A stretch of DNA of 64,000 nucleotides from Octopus sinensis. Lineage: Eukaryota. Below the pieces are notes generated by a model that was given only the letters and a program-made list of their open reading frames with translations, was not told the DNA's origin and ran no database searches. The stretch is taken from assembly GCF_006345805.1 (NCBI RefSeq), contig NC_043012.1, forward strand, positions 11,222,001 to 11,286,000, written 5' to 3'. Shown here piece by piece: positions 37,840 to 51,810 of the stretch (within the stretch, counting starts at the first letter, position 1; each line of letters begins with the position of its first letter). Position numbers and translations under genes: made by a program.

Positions 37840-38592
37840 GTTACTCTATATACCCGGTGCTTCCCCTATTGGAATCCCAGGCGTGCGTTTCTGGCTGCTT
37901 AACTTTCCGCAATGGTAAATACCGAAGAGTGGTCAAAATGGTAAAAAGACACCCAAGGTACCATGTAATAAAATTGAACCCAAAAATATGTAGCTGCAAA
38001 CCAAACTTCTTAACTACCCAGGCAATGCTCTTCCCCACCTCTACTTCAAATGTCCTTCCTACTTCAGCCGGTCCAGCAGCAACAAAACTCCTAAGTTCTT
38101 CTCTTTCTTCTTCTTCTACTCAAACTAAACAAAAATAAAATAATTGTGAAAAATTAAAAATAAAAAAAAATTTAATTCTCCCTTCTTGTATTTAATCATT
38201 AGAGCTGGATACTATTAATTAATTGGGAAATAATCAAGCATAAAATGCAGACATTTGATGTCTTATTTTATTATAATTTATTATTTTTTGTTATGTAGTG
38301 TGTGTGTGTGTGTGTGATAGAAAAATAGTTGTTATTCGTGGTGATGTGGTTCCCGTCAGCTCCATCCGGATAAATCTCAAAGATATGGAAGCAACCAATC
38401 AAATGAGGCATGCAAAAATCTTAACTTCAGTGCAGGGGTGGGAGGGGACTTTGGGGGAGGAGGTCTCCCTTGCGTCTTTATGATTCACAACAGATCTTCT
38501 GTTCTGTATGTGTTTTTTTTTTGGGATAAGACGCTTCTTGTTGAGAAAATAAAAATTAAGATAGGACACGAAACCAGAAGTATTTTGAGAAG

Positions 38593-38644
<52 letters not shown>

Positions 38645-38892
38645 GGAACGAAAGATAAAAAGAAAAAGTATAGTTGAATAAATCGACCCTAGTTCATGAC
38701 TGGTATTTTATATCACTGCCACGTTGAAGAACTTGATAAGCTACATGCCAGCCAAGGACTGTTTTTGTAAGCAGTTTTCAACCATTTTTTTTTTTTAATT
38801 CGTGCCATACTAAATGGGATACTAAGGGAATTCTGGCCCACTTTGTTAACTTTTCTACTAGTTCTTTTATGATAAATAGCAAGAATTAATAT

Positions 38893-39519
38893 CCATTTCT
38901 ACTCTAGGCACAAGGCCTGAAATTTTTGGGTAGGGAGCCAGTCAATTAGATCGACCCCAGTAGTACGCAACTGGTATTTAATTTATCAACTCCAAAAGGA
39001 TGAAAGGCAAAGTCAACCTCGGCGGAATTTGAACTCAGAACGTAGCAGCAGACGAAATACCTATTTCTTTACTACCCACAAGGGGCTAAACACAGAGAGG
39101 ACAAACAAGGACAGACAAAGGGATTAAGTCGATTACATCGACCCCAGTGCGTAACTGGTACTTAATTTATCGACCCCGAAAAGATGAAAGGCAAAGTTGA
39201 CCTCGGCGGAATTTGAACTCAGAACGTAACGGCAGACGAAATACTGCTAAGCATTTCGCCCGTTTGCCCGGTGTGCTAACGTTTCTTATTTCTTTATTGC
39301 TCACAAGGGGCTAAACATAGAGGGGACAAACAAGGACAGACAAAGGGATTAAGTCGATTACATCGACCCCAGTGCGTAACTGGTACTTAATTTATCGACT
39401 CCGAAAGGATGAAAGGCAAAGTCAACCTCGGCGGAATTTGAACTCAGAACGTAACGGCAGACGAAATACTGCTAAGCATTTCGCCTGGCGTGCTAACATT
39501 TCTACCAGCTCGCCACCTT
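38893..39519 (-). mobile_element. SINE family B trimer
   Basis: Three near-identical cores head to tail, most CpGs retained. Confidence 0.9.
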
Positions 39520-40052
39520 AGCAAGAATTAATATTGTTTTAAAAACAATATGCTGTACATATTAAAGCTTGCTAACAATGGAAAACATTCCGGTATGATG
39601 TATTAAAAACACTCACCTTTTTAAGTGCGGTGGCATTTTCCTGACTTACCTGAAAGCCTCGTGAAACCCCTGCGGGCCATTATGACATGAATTTAAGTGT
39701 TTGATCATTAACAGCTTTAATTCATGGAATGAAATCAAAAACATAATGAATATTTTTAGCACAATGAAAAAGTTGGAAAGATCGATAAAGTTACAAAACC
39801 TGATAAAATCTTTTATTAGACCTCGAATTTTCACGGTCTCATGCGAATATAAATAAATTTTATTGGATAATTATGTCGTATTAGCTTCTATCAGTCGTGA
39901 GATCTATCAACTTCCAGTTTCTACTTTATTTCTGTTATCTTTCCAATTATCGTTTAATGCATAACATTGGATGTGATTTCGAATCTAGGTAAAGTTTAGT
40001 ATACTGTATTATTTTTACGATAGGGGCATGAAACGGGTCGTTAGGGAATCGG

Positions 40053-40262
40053 AGATCTTTTCGGTTTGAACGGCAGTTTTTTCTAGCGGTGTCATATGAA
40101 ATTGTCACCCATAATTATGACTCTTGTATCGATCTATTGCATTTCAATCTGTTTTAGGATTAGGGTTAGAGTTAGGGTTAGGGGTGGGGGAAGGGTATCT
40201 TTTTTTTCTTCAGAAATGTAAATAAACCCAATCCGTTTCTTAAACGAGGGACATATTCATAC
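40053..40262 (-). mobile_element. Truncated copy of the TTAGGG-bearing TIR element
   Basis: Reverse complement of about 54888-55085, including one TIR and the TTAGGG tract. Confidence 0.85.
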
Positions 40263-40804
40263 TCATTATATCTCTTTAGAAATCAAACAGTCTCAAAGGA
40301 GCTGCTGACCACCTCGGCAGAATTCTGCTTTAAGCACGCCATATAAACCCTCATAACTTTTATATTATTTGGAATTTTCAGAAAAAAACTTTTGCAAGTT
40401 TGTGTTCTGCACATGTAAAATTCATACATTTATGCAAAAAGAAGATTTAGGGGCAATTTAGCTGTTATTTTTAGCACATCTCTCGACCACCTCATATCCT
40501 CCTCGCTTGTTTGTCAATCTATGGATGTTTCATTATCTTTCTCCCCATAAACACAATTAATGGATTAATGCTGCGATTTAAGCCGAAAATTCGGACTCTC
40601 GTTATGTTAAACCGTAATTTAAAAAAAAAACAAAAACAAAAAAAATCGAAAAAATTAGCCCCCAATTTTTTTTAAAGTTTCGGAAAATTAGAAAAAAATC
40701 TTTTTTTTTTTTTTTCATAGTGTGTGAATTTCTGTGTGTAAGGTACAAATTCACAAAAATTTTCTAAAAATTCCAAAAAATAAGCTAGGAGGGTGTTATA
40801 TATA

Positions 40805-41032
40805 ATTCTTTACTGCCCACAAGGGGCTAAAAAACAGAGGGGACAAACAAAGACAGACAAATGGATTAAGTCGATTATATCGACCCCAATAACTGGTACT
40901 TATTTAATCGACCCCGAAAGGATGAAAGGCAAAGTCGACCTCGGCGGAATTTGAACTCAGAACGTAGCGACAGATGAGATACCCGCTAAGCATTTCGCCC
41001 GGCGTGCTAACGATTCTGCCAGCTCTCCGCCT
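40805..41032 (-). mobile_element. SINE family B, full length
   Basis: Complete and CpG-rich. Confidence 0.88.
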
Positions 41033-41975
41033 AAATAAAATACGGGTAGGCGTTATTTTGTAAGGGATACGAACCCGCATTGCGGAGATTTACATGCTCT
41101 AATTACAATGCGTTCGTCACTCCCACCTTCGCTAACAATGGCTACCTATGAGGGTGTTATATAGCAGCTTTTGAAGCAGAATTCCACGGCCACCTCTCCT
41201 CATAAAGAAAAAAAAACGATGCTTCTTGGATGTGGAGGAAAGCATAGAACAAAGATTTCATTAACCAAAGTACATTAATTTTTGTTTCGTTTCTTGTCCT
41301 TAATTTTTAATATAATCCAAAATGTTCAAGTTCGAATCTATCCAAGTTATTGAAACCAAACAAAATCTCACAAATTTCAATGAATTTCTTGGGTGAAAAA
41401 CGTAAACTTGCCGAGGGTATCGAGTATCAAACAACTGACCAAAAGGTCGAAGGTTCTTGTCCAGTTACTGGCGTTGTAACTTATTGTTGTTTAACTCCCA
41501 AGTTAACCCGGGTTCAGAGGACCTAATAATAAAAAGGCGCTCCGATCTTGCCCAACCTGTGTAATTTTTCTAGGATTAGTCTAAGTAGACCAGAGAACAT
41601 GCTAGATTTTGCTGCATGTTGTGCATTCCTGATGATGGCAAGGCCACACAAAATATCAATACTTTTAAACGAAAAGTAGGACAGTTTATTGAACTAATGG
41701 GATCGAAAATTCAGTGTAAAGTCAACATTTGTTAGCCCCGTCTTGATGTTGATAATTTTCTTTGGCCGCATACCATCCTTACTCTGGAAGTGGTAACATA
41801 CGTTCTTTTATTATTAATCTCTTATTGATTAGCTTGAACCTCATTACCTCTACTCAGGTGCCGATAAGGTAATAATTAGGTTATTTATTATGTTCACAAA
41901 ATAGTCGTAGTAATGGCTGTCTCTGTCTGCTAGGCCGTACACAAGTAGACATTACAGTCTCAAAGCCTAACGGCG

Positions 41976-42034
41976 CTACATAAGCTTAACTTCTGATTTC
42001 GTGTCACAGCAAATATCTCTTGCCTTACATCCAC
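41976..42034 (-). CDS. Candidate terminal coding exon (phase 1: xGCKARDICCDTKSEVKLM*)
   Basis: Acceptor ttttttcgactgcag|GT, TAG at 41978-41976, AATAAA at 41889-41884. A phase-0 reading (VDVRQEIFAVTRNQKLSLCSAVRL*) is also open. Confidence 0.3.
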
Positions 42035-42121
42035 CTGCAGTCGAAAAAAATAATAATAAATAAATAATATGAGAATAGGATACATCGCCACAAACAAAAT
42101 TTCTTTGGTTCAACTAATGAT

Positions 42122-42340
42122 ATATTTCTTTACTACCCACAAGGGGCTAAACAAGGACAGACAAACGGTTTAAGTCGATTACATCGACCCCCAGTGCGTA
42201 ACTGGTACTTAATTTATCGACCCCGAAAGGATGAAAGGCAAAGTCGATCTCAGCGGAATTTGAACCCAGAACGTACCGGCAGACGAAATACTGCTAAGCA
42301 TTTCGCCCGGCGTGCTAACGTTTCTGCCAGCTCGCCGCCT
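42122..42340 (-). mobile_element. SINE family B, full length
   Basis: Complete. Confidence 0.88.
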
Positions 42341-42444
42341 TTGATCAACGTATGATAGTTGACTTCAAGTCATTGCTGCCTAAGAAAATCTTTGAAATGA
42401 CTCATAAAAGTAATTAATGGGGTGGGGATAAATGTAGTCAGACG

Positions 42445-42698
42445 CTTACTCTTTTACTCGTTTCAGTCATTTGACTGTGGCCATGCTGGAGCACCGCCTT
42501 TAGTCGAGCAAACTGACCCCAGGACTTATTCTTTTGTAAGCCTTGTACTTATTCTATCGGTTTTTTTGCCGAACCGCTAAGTTACGTGGACGTAAACACA
42601 CCAGCATCGGTTGTCAAGCGATGTTTTTTGGGGGGGGGAACACAGACACACACATCTCTCTCTGTCTCTGTCTGTCTGTTTCTCTCTCTCTCTCTCTC

Positions 42699-42743
<45 letters not shown>

Positions 42744-42895
42744 CGGGCTTCTTTCAGTTTCTGTTAACCAAATCCACTCACAAGGCATTGGTCAGCCCGA
42801 GGCTATAGTAGAAGACACTTGCCCAAGGTGGCACGCAGTGGGACTGAACCCGGAACAGGTGGTTGGTAAGCAAGCTACTTACCAAACAGCCACTC
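42445..42895 (-). mobile_element. SINE family A, full length
   Basis: Complete, with a compound central microsatellite. Confidence 0.88.
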
Positions 42896-42989
42896 TTACA
42901 CCTGGAAAAAAAATTTCACACTATGGATGCTGTTGATAATATAACTTGGGTGATGAGATGAAGGAAAACCCTCAGCTAAGACAGGCAAA

Positions 42990-43330
42990 ATATATGGTCA
43001 GACTGGAACTGAAACTTTACGGACAATCTACTTAAAGTTCATTAAGATATTGGAACAATGGCTAATGATGTAGCTTTTGATGTTGTCATAGAAAATGTGA
43101 TAGAGTTGCTAAGGTTCCAAAGAGAGGGTTTCTCTGAGAAGCTGATGCTGTTTGTAGCAGAACGAGTTGTTGGTCAAGAAAAGAATATAAAAGCTTCATC
43201 TGCTTCTATTCACTGTAAAAAATGTGACTAAACTATCAGCGCCTACAGAAGTCCTGCAAGTTTGACCGATAATAATCCTGATTGTGAACAGGTAAAATTA
43301 CCTGACTTTATAACGAATTTAGTTCTTGCA
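42990..43330 (+). pseudogene. Possible degraded Tigger/pogo transposase C-terminal fragment
   Basis: DIGTMANDVAFDVVIENVIELLRFQREGFSEKLMLF ... TDNNPDCEQ resembles the Tigger-type 'V.ELL..H..ELS.E.L ... DP..ER' tail; contains stops. Confidence 0.35.
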
Positions 43331-43384
43331 CTAAGCTAAATGAAAATCAGACAACTTTGGATAAGTTCGTCTCTGCTGCAGCAA

Positions 43385-43760
43385 ATACCGCTGTTGTTGT
43401 TGAGTGAACGGTCTTCGTCCCAGACCTCGTAAGATGGGAGAAGTCTGAATCGTGGTCCTTTGCTATTCGTAAGACCCGCAGAAGAGAAAGCAGGTCAACC
43501 CCCGACACCGAGAGCATCGATGGATGGTTAAATGCACATCCAGGCTTAGCGGTTGCATAGGAAGTCGGGGACAAGAAACAGGAAGAAAGAGTGAGAGAAA
43601 GTTTGGGGGCGAAAGAGTACAACAGGGGTCGCCACCACCCCCTGCCGGAGCCTCGTGGAGCTTTTAGGTGTTTTCGCTCAATAAACACACTCAACGCTTG
43701 GTTTGGGAATCGAAACTGCGAGTCCGCTGCCCTAACCATTGGGCCATTGCGCCTCCACTT
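43385..43760 (-). mobile_element. SINE family C head and body with an alternative tail
   Basis: Head near-identical to 15918; diverges after TTCCTGTTTCT. Confidence 0.85.
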
Positions 43761-44249
43761 ACTGCTGTTGGTGATTTACAGAACAGATAAAAGGGGCCCC
43801 ACCCTTTTTTTTTCTCTCACTGCTTGCTGTCAGACAACTATCAACATTATACCTGATGTTTGAAGAATCTACCCTACTAAGACATCTTACTGCTACCTAA
43901 ATTATTTTGTAATGTATTTGTTTTCAAATATTTATATACCTATTAATCTGTATGTGTGCATGTGTGTATTTAGAAATTGATATTTTCATGCATAAAAATG
44001 GTTGTATTACTTAATGGTGGGGAAAGAGTGAAAGGAGTGGGGTTGTTTTTGGTTTGTTTGTTTATCTTTTTAAATCATTCTGTTTGAACGTATCTCAGTT
44101 TATGACAGTGAAACCAGTGAGAAAATAGGTTTTTCTAGCTATGGAATTTCAAATTACGACTACATTTTCAGATATACCAAAATTCCATAATGTAGGATAC
44201 ATGTATATATATATATACATGCGAATGTATGTATATATGTATGTATGCA

Positions 44250-44301
<52 letters not shown>

Positions 44302-44444
44302 TGAGAAAGTTGGTGTGTGAAAGCACGTGGTTGAATATATAGAAAATAGTAAAATTTATAATATTCTTCAGACATATTGACTCAAATATATATTTTTTAA
44401 CCTTTTAAAACAAGCCTTCTGTAGTTTTTTCACTTTTTACTATT

Positions 44445-44484
<40 letters not shown>

Positions 44485-45858
44485 TATATATAATATATAT
44501 ATATATATACATACATGTGTATGTATATATGTATGTATGCATGCACATATATATACATATGTATGTATGTATGTGTTTATGTATGCATGTGTGTGTATTT
44601 GTCAACAAACTTTCCCCAAGTAAAATAAATACATAATTGCCAGTAGTAAATATATATTCACATGCACACACACACACACACACACACATATGCGCGCGCA
44701 CTAATTCCTAGTTTAATCAAGTGTACTGAATGTTGTGTGTTAAATATGTGTAAAGACTCTTGTGTAATCACACAAAATGTTTTCTAAATGTATTTATTTA
44801 CACCGTTGTCTACTGCTGTTAACAGGAGAATCTCTTTGACATTATATACATTTCAGTATTATCATAAATAAAGGTGTGTGTATCTAATATTGTATTATAT
44901 TTATATAATAATATTCTAAATGAAAATAATATTATGTAAACAACTGGTTTGTTTGATTAACATTAGAGAACTATCTGTCTGTGTGTATGTCTGTATGTTC
45001 GTCTGTTTTCATTTAGAAAGCTCAAAAGAATATCAGAAGTTATGGTTCCTTTTGATACCAAGTCTCTCAGAGACCAACATAGGTTCCATGATATGCAAAT
45101 AACTCCTCTTCCTCCATTTAAAAATATTCATATTTAAATTAAAATGTTTTGATTTTAATATCAAATAGTTTTTTTTTGTTGCTAAGCTATGTTCCAAGCA
45201 TCAACTTGATAATTAATCAGTTTAATTTTTATCAATCGTTCAGTTTTAAATTTTTGGCTTTTTTTTTCAAATTAACTGAAACACAAAAATAGTGTGTTTC
45301 ATCAAAAATATAGTCTCTCTCCCTTTTAATCTAGACATGGGCCACTTTTTTCAAGACTTGGCTCAACATCTGACACCCTGCATGACTTAACATTTTTTCA
45401 TGATAATTTTCATTTTGGTGTGCCATTCAGAAAGTTCTCATCCTTTGGCTCAAAGCCATCTCCTTCAATATTATTCTTCCATTTGGTCAGGAGTCTTTGT
45501 CTTACAAGTTAGTTGGTGACCTTACTGGTGGAGGTGTCATGTGAAAAGCACCCAGTACACTCTGTAAAGTGGTTGGCATCATTAAAGGTATCCAGTCATA
45601 AAAAAAAACCATGCCAGGGTATATTGTAGAACTTGGTAAAGGATCCTGGCATAATCAGCTCCTGTCAAACCATACAACCAATACCAACATGGAAAACATG
45701 TGGTAAATGGTGATGATGAAGGTTATTCTATTTGGTGCATCTGCCATGCCTTCATGAACAGTACCCGCTACAGGTATTGGCTCACTGAGCAGGTTCACAG
45801 AGGCTTCAAGAGTTTAGGGGCTCAGTGCTAATTTATACATGAGACAACATACATACAG

Positions 45859-45912
45859 GATGTGCATATAAGGATCCCTGAGCATTGCTTTACTTGGTGG
45901 CCTGTTATACTG
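45859..45912 (+). CDS. Candidate exon of + strand gene (DVHIRIPEHCFTWWPVIL, phase 0-0)
   Basis: CTAAT branch-like motif, weak acceptor catacag|, donor CTG|gtaaga; only one frame open. Confidence 0.25.
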
Positions 45913-46074
45913 GTAAGACAACTTTGTTCATGAGAGATTTGATCTGGGCTTACTGCAAACTAACAAAACATTATCATGGTTATCAGTAAATATTTGTTTA
46001 TTGCAGAAGTGTTAAAGCTGCTCGTGTTAGTGAGGCAGATTGGTGTACCGGAGCCGCATAAAAGCTCTCCTGCA

Positions 46075-46500
46075 GTACTATGTTAAAAGTACCTTGCACA
46101 CACTGTAAAAAGTGGTTGGCATTAGGAAGGACATCCAGCCATAGAAACCAATCCACAATCAGACTGGAACCTGGTGCAGTTCCCCAGCTTGTCAGTTCTT
46201 ATTTTTTTATTGCCCACAAGGGGCTAAACATAGAGGGGACAAACAAGAACAAAGGGATTACATTGATTACATCAACCCCAGTGCATAACTGGTACTTAAT
46301 TTATCGACCCTGAAAGGATGAAAGGCAAAATTGACCTCGGCGGAATTTGAACTCAGAACGTAACGGCAGACGAAATACCATTAAGCATTTCGCCTGGCAT
46401 GCTAACGTTTCTGCCAGCTCGCCGCCCAGCTTGTCAGTTCTGTCCAACTGTCTAACCCATGCCAACATGGAAAACAGACGTTAAAAGGATGATGGTGATG
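46075..46500 (+). mobile_element. Non-LTR 3'-end-like repeat with (GAT)n tail, host of a SINE B insertion
   Basis: GGTTGGCATTAGGAAGGACATCCAGC..CATGGAAAACAGACGTTAAA..GATGATG; relatives at 45530-45720 and 52525-52847 (-). Confidence 0.65.
46200..46424 (-). mobile_element. SINE family B with a 17-bp target-site duplication
   Basis: CCCAGCTTGTCAGTTCT at 46183-46199 and 46425-46441. Confidence 0.92.
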
Positions 46501-47404
46501 ATGCAGTTTAGTGAACTGTGTTAACTGAGTGAAGATAAGGAACAGAAGTTCAAATCGGGGCTTGGTGTGATTAATGACAGAAACACCTAATATTTTTTTA
46601 AAAAGGAAAGGAAACTAAAGAAAGCTTCTAACAATGAGGAAAGTTTTACAGAAACCTTTGTATTTTGTAAAAATTTCACCATTGTTTGAAGCTTCCATTA
46701 TTTTCCTTTTCTTTTTCTACTTCTGTGCTACAGTGCTTCAAGCAAATTATAATGTTGATATTTGTAAATGTATCAGTTAAATGATGATGATGATGATGAT
46801 GATGATCAGTATATATGGCTTGTCAAAATAACTTTCCTTTCAGTACATATCATGGAAACTTGATGTGTACTGAGAAACCTGATATGTAATAAGAAGAATA
46901 AGTCAGTGAAGGAGGCATTATGTGGTCGTTCAGACTCCTGGAAATAGCAGCTAAATCTATCCCCCTACCTCTCCTTGCATATCTTATTGCCTTGATGAAG
47001 GAAGTAACAGTATTAATAATGAAGGTCAAGGTATTTGGTCAATAAAAAAGTGGTTTCTGGTATCCTTAACTCAAAATTGGGAACCATGACAGCACAGCCT
47101 CATCATCTCTCATCTAAATTCTTCATCCATTCATTTCTTGTCAGAGAAACCTGAAGACTCATTACACATGTACTCCACCCACGACCACTGCTAAAAGAAA
47201 GGAGTCAAAAAAAAAAACAAACCTGAAACCTTACCCTAAACACTTTAAAAAGAAAGGAAACATCAGACAATATAATCTTTCATATACAAAAAAATTGGAG
47301 TGGTCATGGCTAGAACTCCATTGATCGTCATAAGTTTGTTTTATCAGAGCTGATCTGAGTCTAAACAACAACCTCCTGGGGCTTGTCTTCCTACCTATAC
47401 TCTT

Positions 47405-47605
47405 TACCCTTTTTACTTGTTTCAGTTATTTGACTGTGGCCACGCTGGAGCACATGCTGGGGTCAAGCAAATCGACCCCAGGACTTATTCTTTGTAAGCC
47501 TAGTACTTATTCTATCGGTCTCTTTTGCCAAACCACTAAGTTACGGGGATGTAAACACACCAGCATCGGTTGTCAGTGATGTTGGGGGAATGCATACACA
47601 CACAT

Positions 47606-47663
<58 letters not shown>

Positions 47664-47814
47664 CGAGCTTCTTTCAGTTTCCGCCTACCAAATCCACTCA
47701 GAAGGCTTTGGTCAGCCCGAGGCTATAGTATAAGACACTTGCCCAAGGTGCCATGCAGTGGGACTGAACCTGGAACCATGTGGTTGGTAAGCAAGCTACT
47801 TACCACACGGCCAC
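47405..47814 (-). mobile_element. SINE family A, full length
   Basis: Complete, partial CpG decay. Confidence 0.88.
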
Positions 47815-48319
47815 ATCATTACAACTAAAAGACTCAACATGTAACTTTTGTCTGGTCTCTATCCAGTCACAACCAGCCTAGGGTTAAACAGCAACAACAA
47901 CAACATGAAATGATTTACATAAGTAGTATTTGGAATTTCCAGATAAAAGAGAAGACTTTGTAATTCCTAAAAGATTTGATTGTCAAATTTAATTTTGTTA
48001 CTTAAGATTCTCTTCAAATTATTGGTTGTTCTTATAATTAAACTTTCTCTTTGTTTTCTAATCATTTGTTGCTGTTTAGCCCTAGGTCAACCTTGGTTGA
48101 ACAGAACGAAGACGTTCCAGCCATGATCATTCAGCTTTACATTATGTAATGTGTCTATAATGTACTTTAAGATCCATTAGGACATATGATTTGAGAAAGA
48201 TTTACTATCTATTTCTAGCATGCCAAATGATCTGTGTCATTTCACTTAGTTTGTAATCCTGAATTTGTTATTACTGTTATTTATTTCCATATCTGTCTTC
48301 ATTAAGTAAATTAATGATC

Positions 48320-48642
48320 CTTTGTAAGCCTAGTACTTATTCTATCAGTCACTTTTGCCGAACTGCTCAGTTACGGGGACATAAACACACCAGCATCAGT
48401 TGTCTAGTGATGTTAGGGGGACAAACACAGACACACAAACCTATACACACACACACACACATGCACATACATATATACAACGGGCCTCTTTCAGTTTCCA
48501 TCTACCAAATCCACTCACAAAGCTTTGGTCGGCCTAAAGGCTATAGTAGAAGACAATTGCCCTAGGTGCCACGCAGTGGGACTGAACTTGGAACTATGTG
48601 GTTCGTAAACAAGCTACTTACCACACAGCCACTCCTATGCCT
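48320..48642 (-). mobile_element. SINE family A lacking the tail end
   Basis: Head, body and part of the tail. Confidence 0.85.
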
Positions 48643-49717
48643 ATTACTTCAACTCCAGTGCACAAATTGTACTCATTTTATTAACACTGAAAAGATGAAA
48701 GGCAGAGTCGACCTGGGTAACATTTGAACTCAGAACTTAAAGACGGATGAAATGCTGCTAAGCATTTTGTCTAACATGCTAGTTTCTGCTGGCTGGCCAC
48801 CGTAATAACCACAAATACATGTCTTAATATATATTAAGACATGTCTTAACATATAATTTGAAATACTAATTCATTTTACTGAAGGTAGCTTTTAATTCAA
48901 ACATGGAATTTTAACAGTCTAATTGGATAATTTTTATTCGTCAGATAATATGGTTTCATTTGAAGGAAAGTAATTATAACAATTTAATTAGTGAAAAATA
49001 TGTAATTAAAATGATATGATATTTTAAATTGATGTTTAGCTCCCAAAATAAACCTATGTAGATCAAAGGTGTTCTGCTCATAACAATTGTGTCTGTGCTT
49101 TCTTTGTTTAAGATGGGAGGTTGAATTAGTTCTTATTTCTAGTGTGGTGACCAACTGTGTTTGCCCATGGTTAGGTTTCTCTGGTGTAGCATTGAGCCAC
49201 AGATATTTTCAGTTTTGGGAAATGATAAAAATAACATTATCAAGAAATTATTAACATAATTAGAAAATAGATAAATATAATTGATTCCTCAGCAACTTAA
49301 ATTTTAATATCATTTTTAAAACAATGCAGCGGGTCATTGGAATCCTTAAAACATCCTGTCAGGATCAACATTATTTTGCCCCTAGAGGGACAAAATGTAT
49401 AGTACCAGCAAAATACCAGGGTTGATATGACTATACTTTCCTGAAATTTGAAACCTTGTTTTTAGGTGAGAAATCTACAATTGGCCAATTGGTAGAATTG
49501 TTGAAGCATTAGACAAAGTATCTTGTAGAATTTCTTCTGGTTGATTAAAACCCTGAGTCCAAATCTTGCTGAGTTCAATGTTACCGTTCACCCCTTTATA
49601 AAATAATGGACCAGTTTATTATTGGGATTGATAACATTAATTAAGCTTTTCTTCAAAATTGATGCCCTTTTTTTGCCTAAATCAGAAATCATTATTATTA
49701 TTATTATCATTAAAAAA

Positions 49718-50342
49718 TCAGTGAGCTGGCAGAATCGTTAGCATGCTAGACAAAATGCTTAGCATCTTTATGTTCTGAGTTCAAATTCTACCAGGGTCAA
49801 CTTTGCCTTTCATCTTTTCTAGGTCAATAAATTAAGTACCAGTGATACACTGGGGTCAATGTAATTGACTATAAACCTTTCCTCAAAATTTCAGGTCTTG
49901 TGCCTTTACTGGAAAGGATTAATCATTACTATTATTATTATTATTAATGTAATGAACAGGTGAAATTGTTAGTATGCTGGACAAAATGTCTAGCGGCAGT
50001 TTTCCTGACTTTACATTCTGAGTTCAAATACAACTGGGATCGACTTTGTCTTTCATTCTTTTGAGGTCAATAAAATAAAGTACCAGTTGGACACTGGGGT
50101 CGATGTAAATGATTTACCCCCTACTCCAAAATTACTGGCCTTTTGCCAAAATTTGAAACCACTATTATTAGAGTGGCAAGAAACTTAGTGGCATTTTGTC
50201 TATCTTTGCATTCTGAGTTCAAATGGTTGACTTTGCCTTTCATCCTTTTGGGGTTGATAAAATAAGTACCAGTTGAACACTGGGGTCGATGTGATCGACT
50301 CATCTCCACGTCCCCCAAGCTTCCCTTGTGGCAAAAATTTGA

Positions 50343-50373
<31 letters not shown>

Positions 50374-50500
50374 CTGGTACTGAATTTGTCAACCCTGAAA
50401 GGCAAAGTCGACCTCAGCAGAATTTGAACCCAAAACACAAAGGTGGACAAAATGCTGTTAAGCATTTTGAGCAGTCTGCTAATGATATCTTCAGCACACT
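49718..50500. mobile_element. Cluster of CpG-decayed SINE family B copies
   Basis: Three + copies and one - copy; CG replaced by TG/CA throughout. Confidence 0.8.
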
Positions 50501-50901
50501 GCCTTATATTATAATAATAATAATAATGATAATAATAATAATAATAATCATAATGATAATAATAATAATAATGTGTTTAGGTAATAGTTTAACAAATTCA
50601 ATATTGCATAAAAATGTTCTTCTAATGAATATTTCAAAGACATTTCTAGAGTTAAGAATGAAGAATTTCGTATATTGTATCATGTTGAGTTAATATTTGT
50701 TGTACACAAAGAACCTCTTGAAGAATTATTACACACACACACACACATGCACACATAAATATATATATATATATATATGTATATGTATACATATATGTAT
50801 ATATATATATATATATATATGTGTGTATGTATATGTGTGTATGTATATATGTATATATATATATATATATATGGTTAGCTTACATTTCCTTTAAATGTTA
50901 G

Positions 50902-50924
50902 TTTTTGTATGACTTAGTTTCCAG
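50902..50924 (+). CDS. Candidate 23-nt microexon (FLYDLVS-R, phase 0-2)
   Basis: catttcctttaaatgttag| ... CAG|gtaagt (consensus donor); phase fits 52110. Confidence 0.4.
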
Positions 50925-51289
50925 GTAAGTATGTCCTAGTTTTCATATAAATATAACTTAATTTGCATTAAATAAATGCGAAAAGCTTTTAGGTGTTAAC
51001 AAACGAGTAATTAATTATTGAAGAGGAAAAGCCTCCACTTTTAGTATCAAAAATATGCTCTGAACATTCTTTATTAAAGCGGGCACATAATCCATACATA
51101 CATGCATATAAATGTGTATGTGTGTATATTATATATATATACATATATATATATATTATTAGCGTTAAATTTGGAAGAGGAAATAATTTTAGAGGTGTCT
51201 GTGTTTTCACTTATTTGATTTTCGTAAGATGACAATAATTTTCTATGCTAACAGATTTTAGTTCAGCAATTTATGATGTCGTTGAAAAT

Positions 51290-51322
<33 letters not shown>

Positions 51323-51397
51323 CATGTGTTCTTGTAATGTGGTGTCTATGAAAACACATTTAGTATTTACATTTATATGTGTAGCACAGACTTTCTA

Positions 51398-51440
<43 letters not shown>

Positions 51441-51810
51441 GCTTCAACTTTTGTCACAAGGCAGCAATTCCGGAGGAGGAGGAAGTCTATTACATCAACC
51501 CCAGTGATCAACTGGTACTTATTTTATCAAACCCAAAATGATAAAATGCTATGTCAACCTCTGTGTAATTTGAACTCAGAAAGATGGACAAAACACCAGC
51601 TCACTGCCTTAATAATAATAATAATCCTAAGAACTGAAATTTGGTGGGTGAGGACTAGTCGTTTACATCAGTTCCAGCGTTACACTGGTACTGAATTCAT
51701 TGACCCCAAAAGGATGAAAGGCAAAGTTGACCTCAGTGGAATTTGAACTCAGAATGTAAAGACAGATGAAATAGCACTCAGCATTTTGCCCAACGTTCTA
51801 ACTATCCTGA
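51441..51810 (-). mobile_element. Two CpG-decayed SINE family B copies
   Basis: Reverse-complement cores with CpG transitions. Confidence 0.8.

Noticed and set aside
40160-40190. TTAGGG repeats as a telomere or fusion scar
   Set aside because: Only about 3-4 units and internal to a TIR element present twice in the window.
45016-45140. + strand exon after the ttttcatttag acceptor (KLKRISEVMVPFDTKSLRDQHRFHDM..)
   Set aside because: All three frames stop and there is no convincing donor; could not be placed in the exon chain.
51264-51290. Small + strand exon candidates (for example DFSSAIYDVVENC, and others at about 46722 and 48946)
   Set aside because: Phases conflict with the better-supported chain, and such AG..GT pairs arise often by chance in AT-rich introns.
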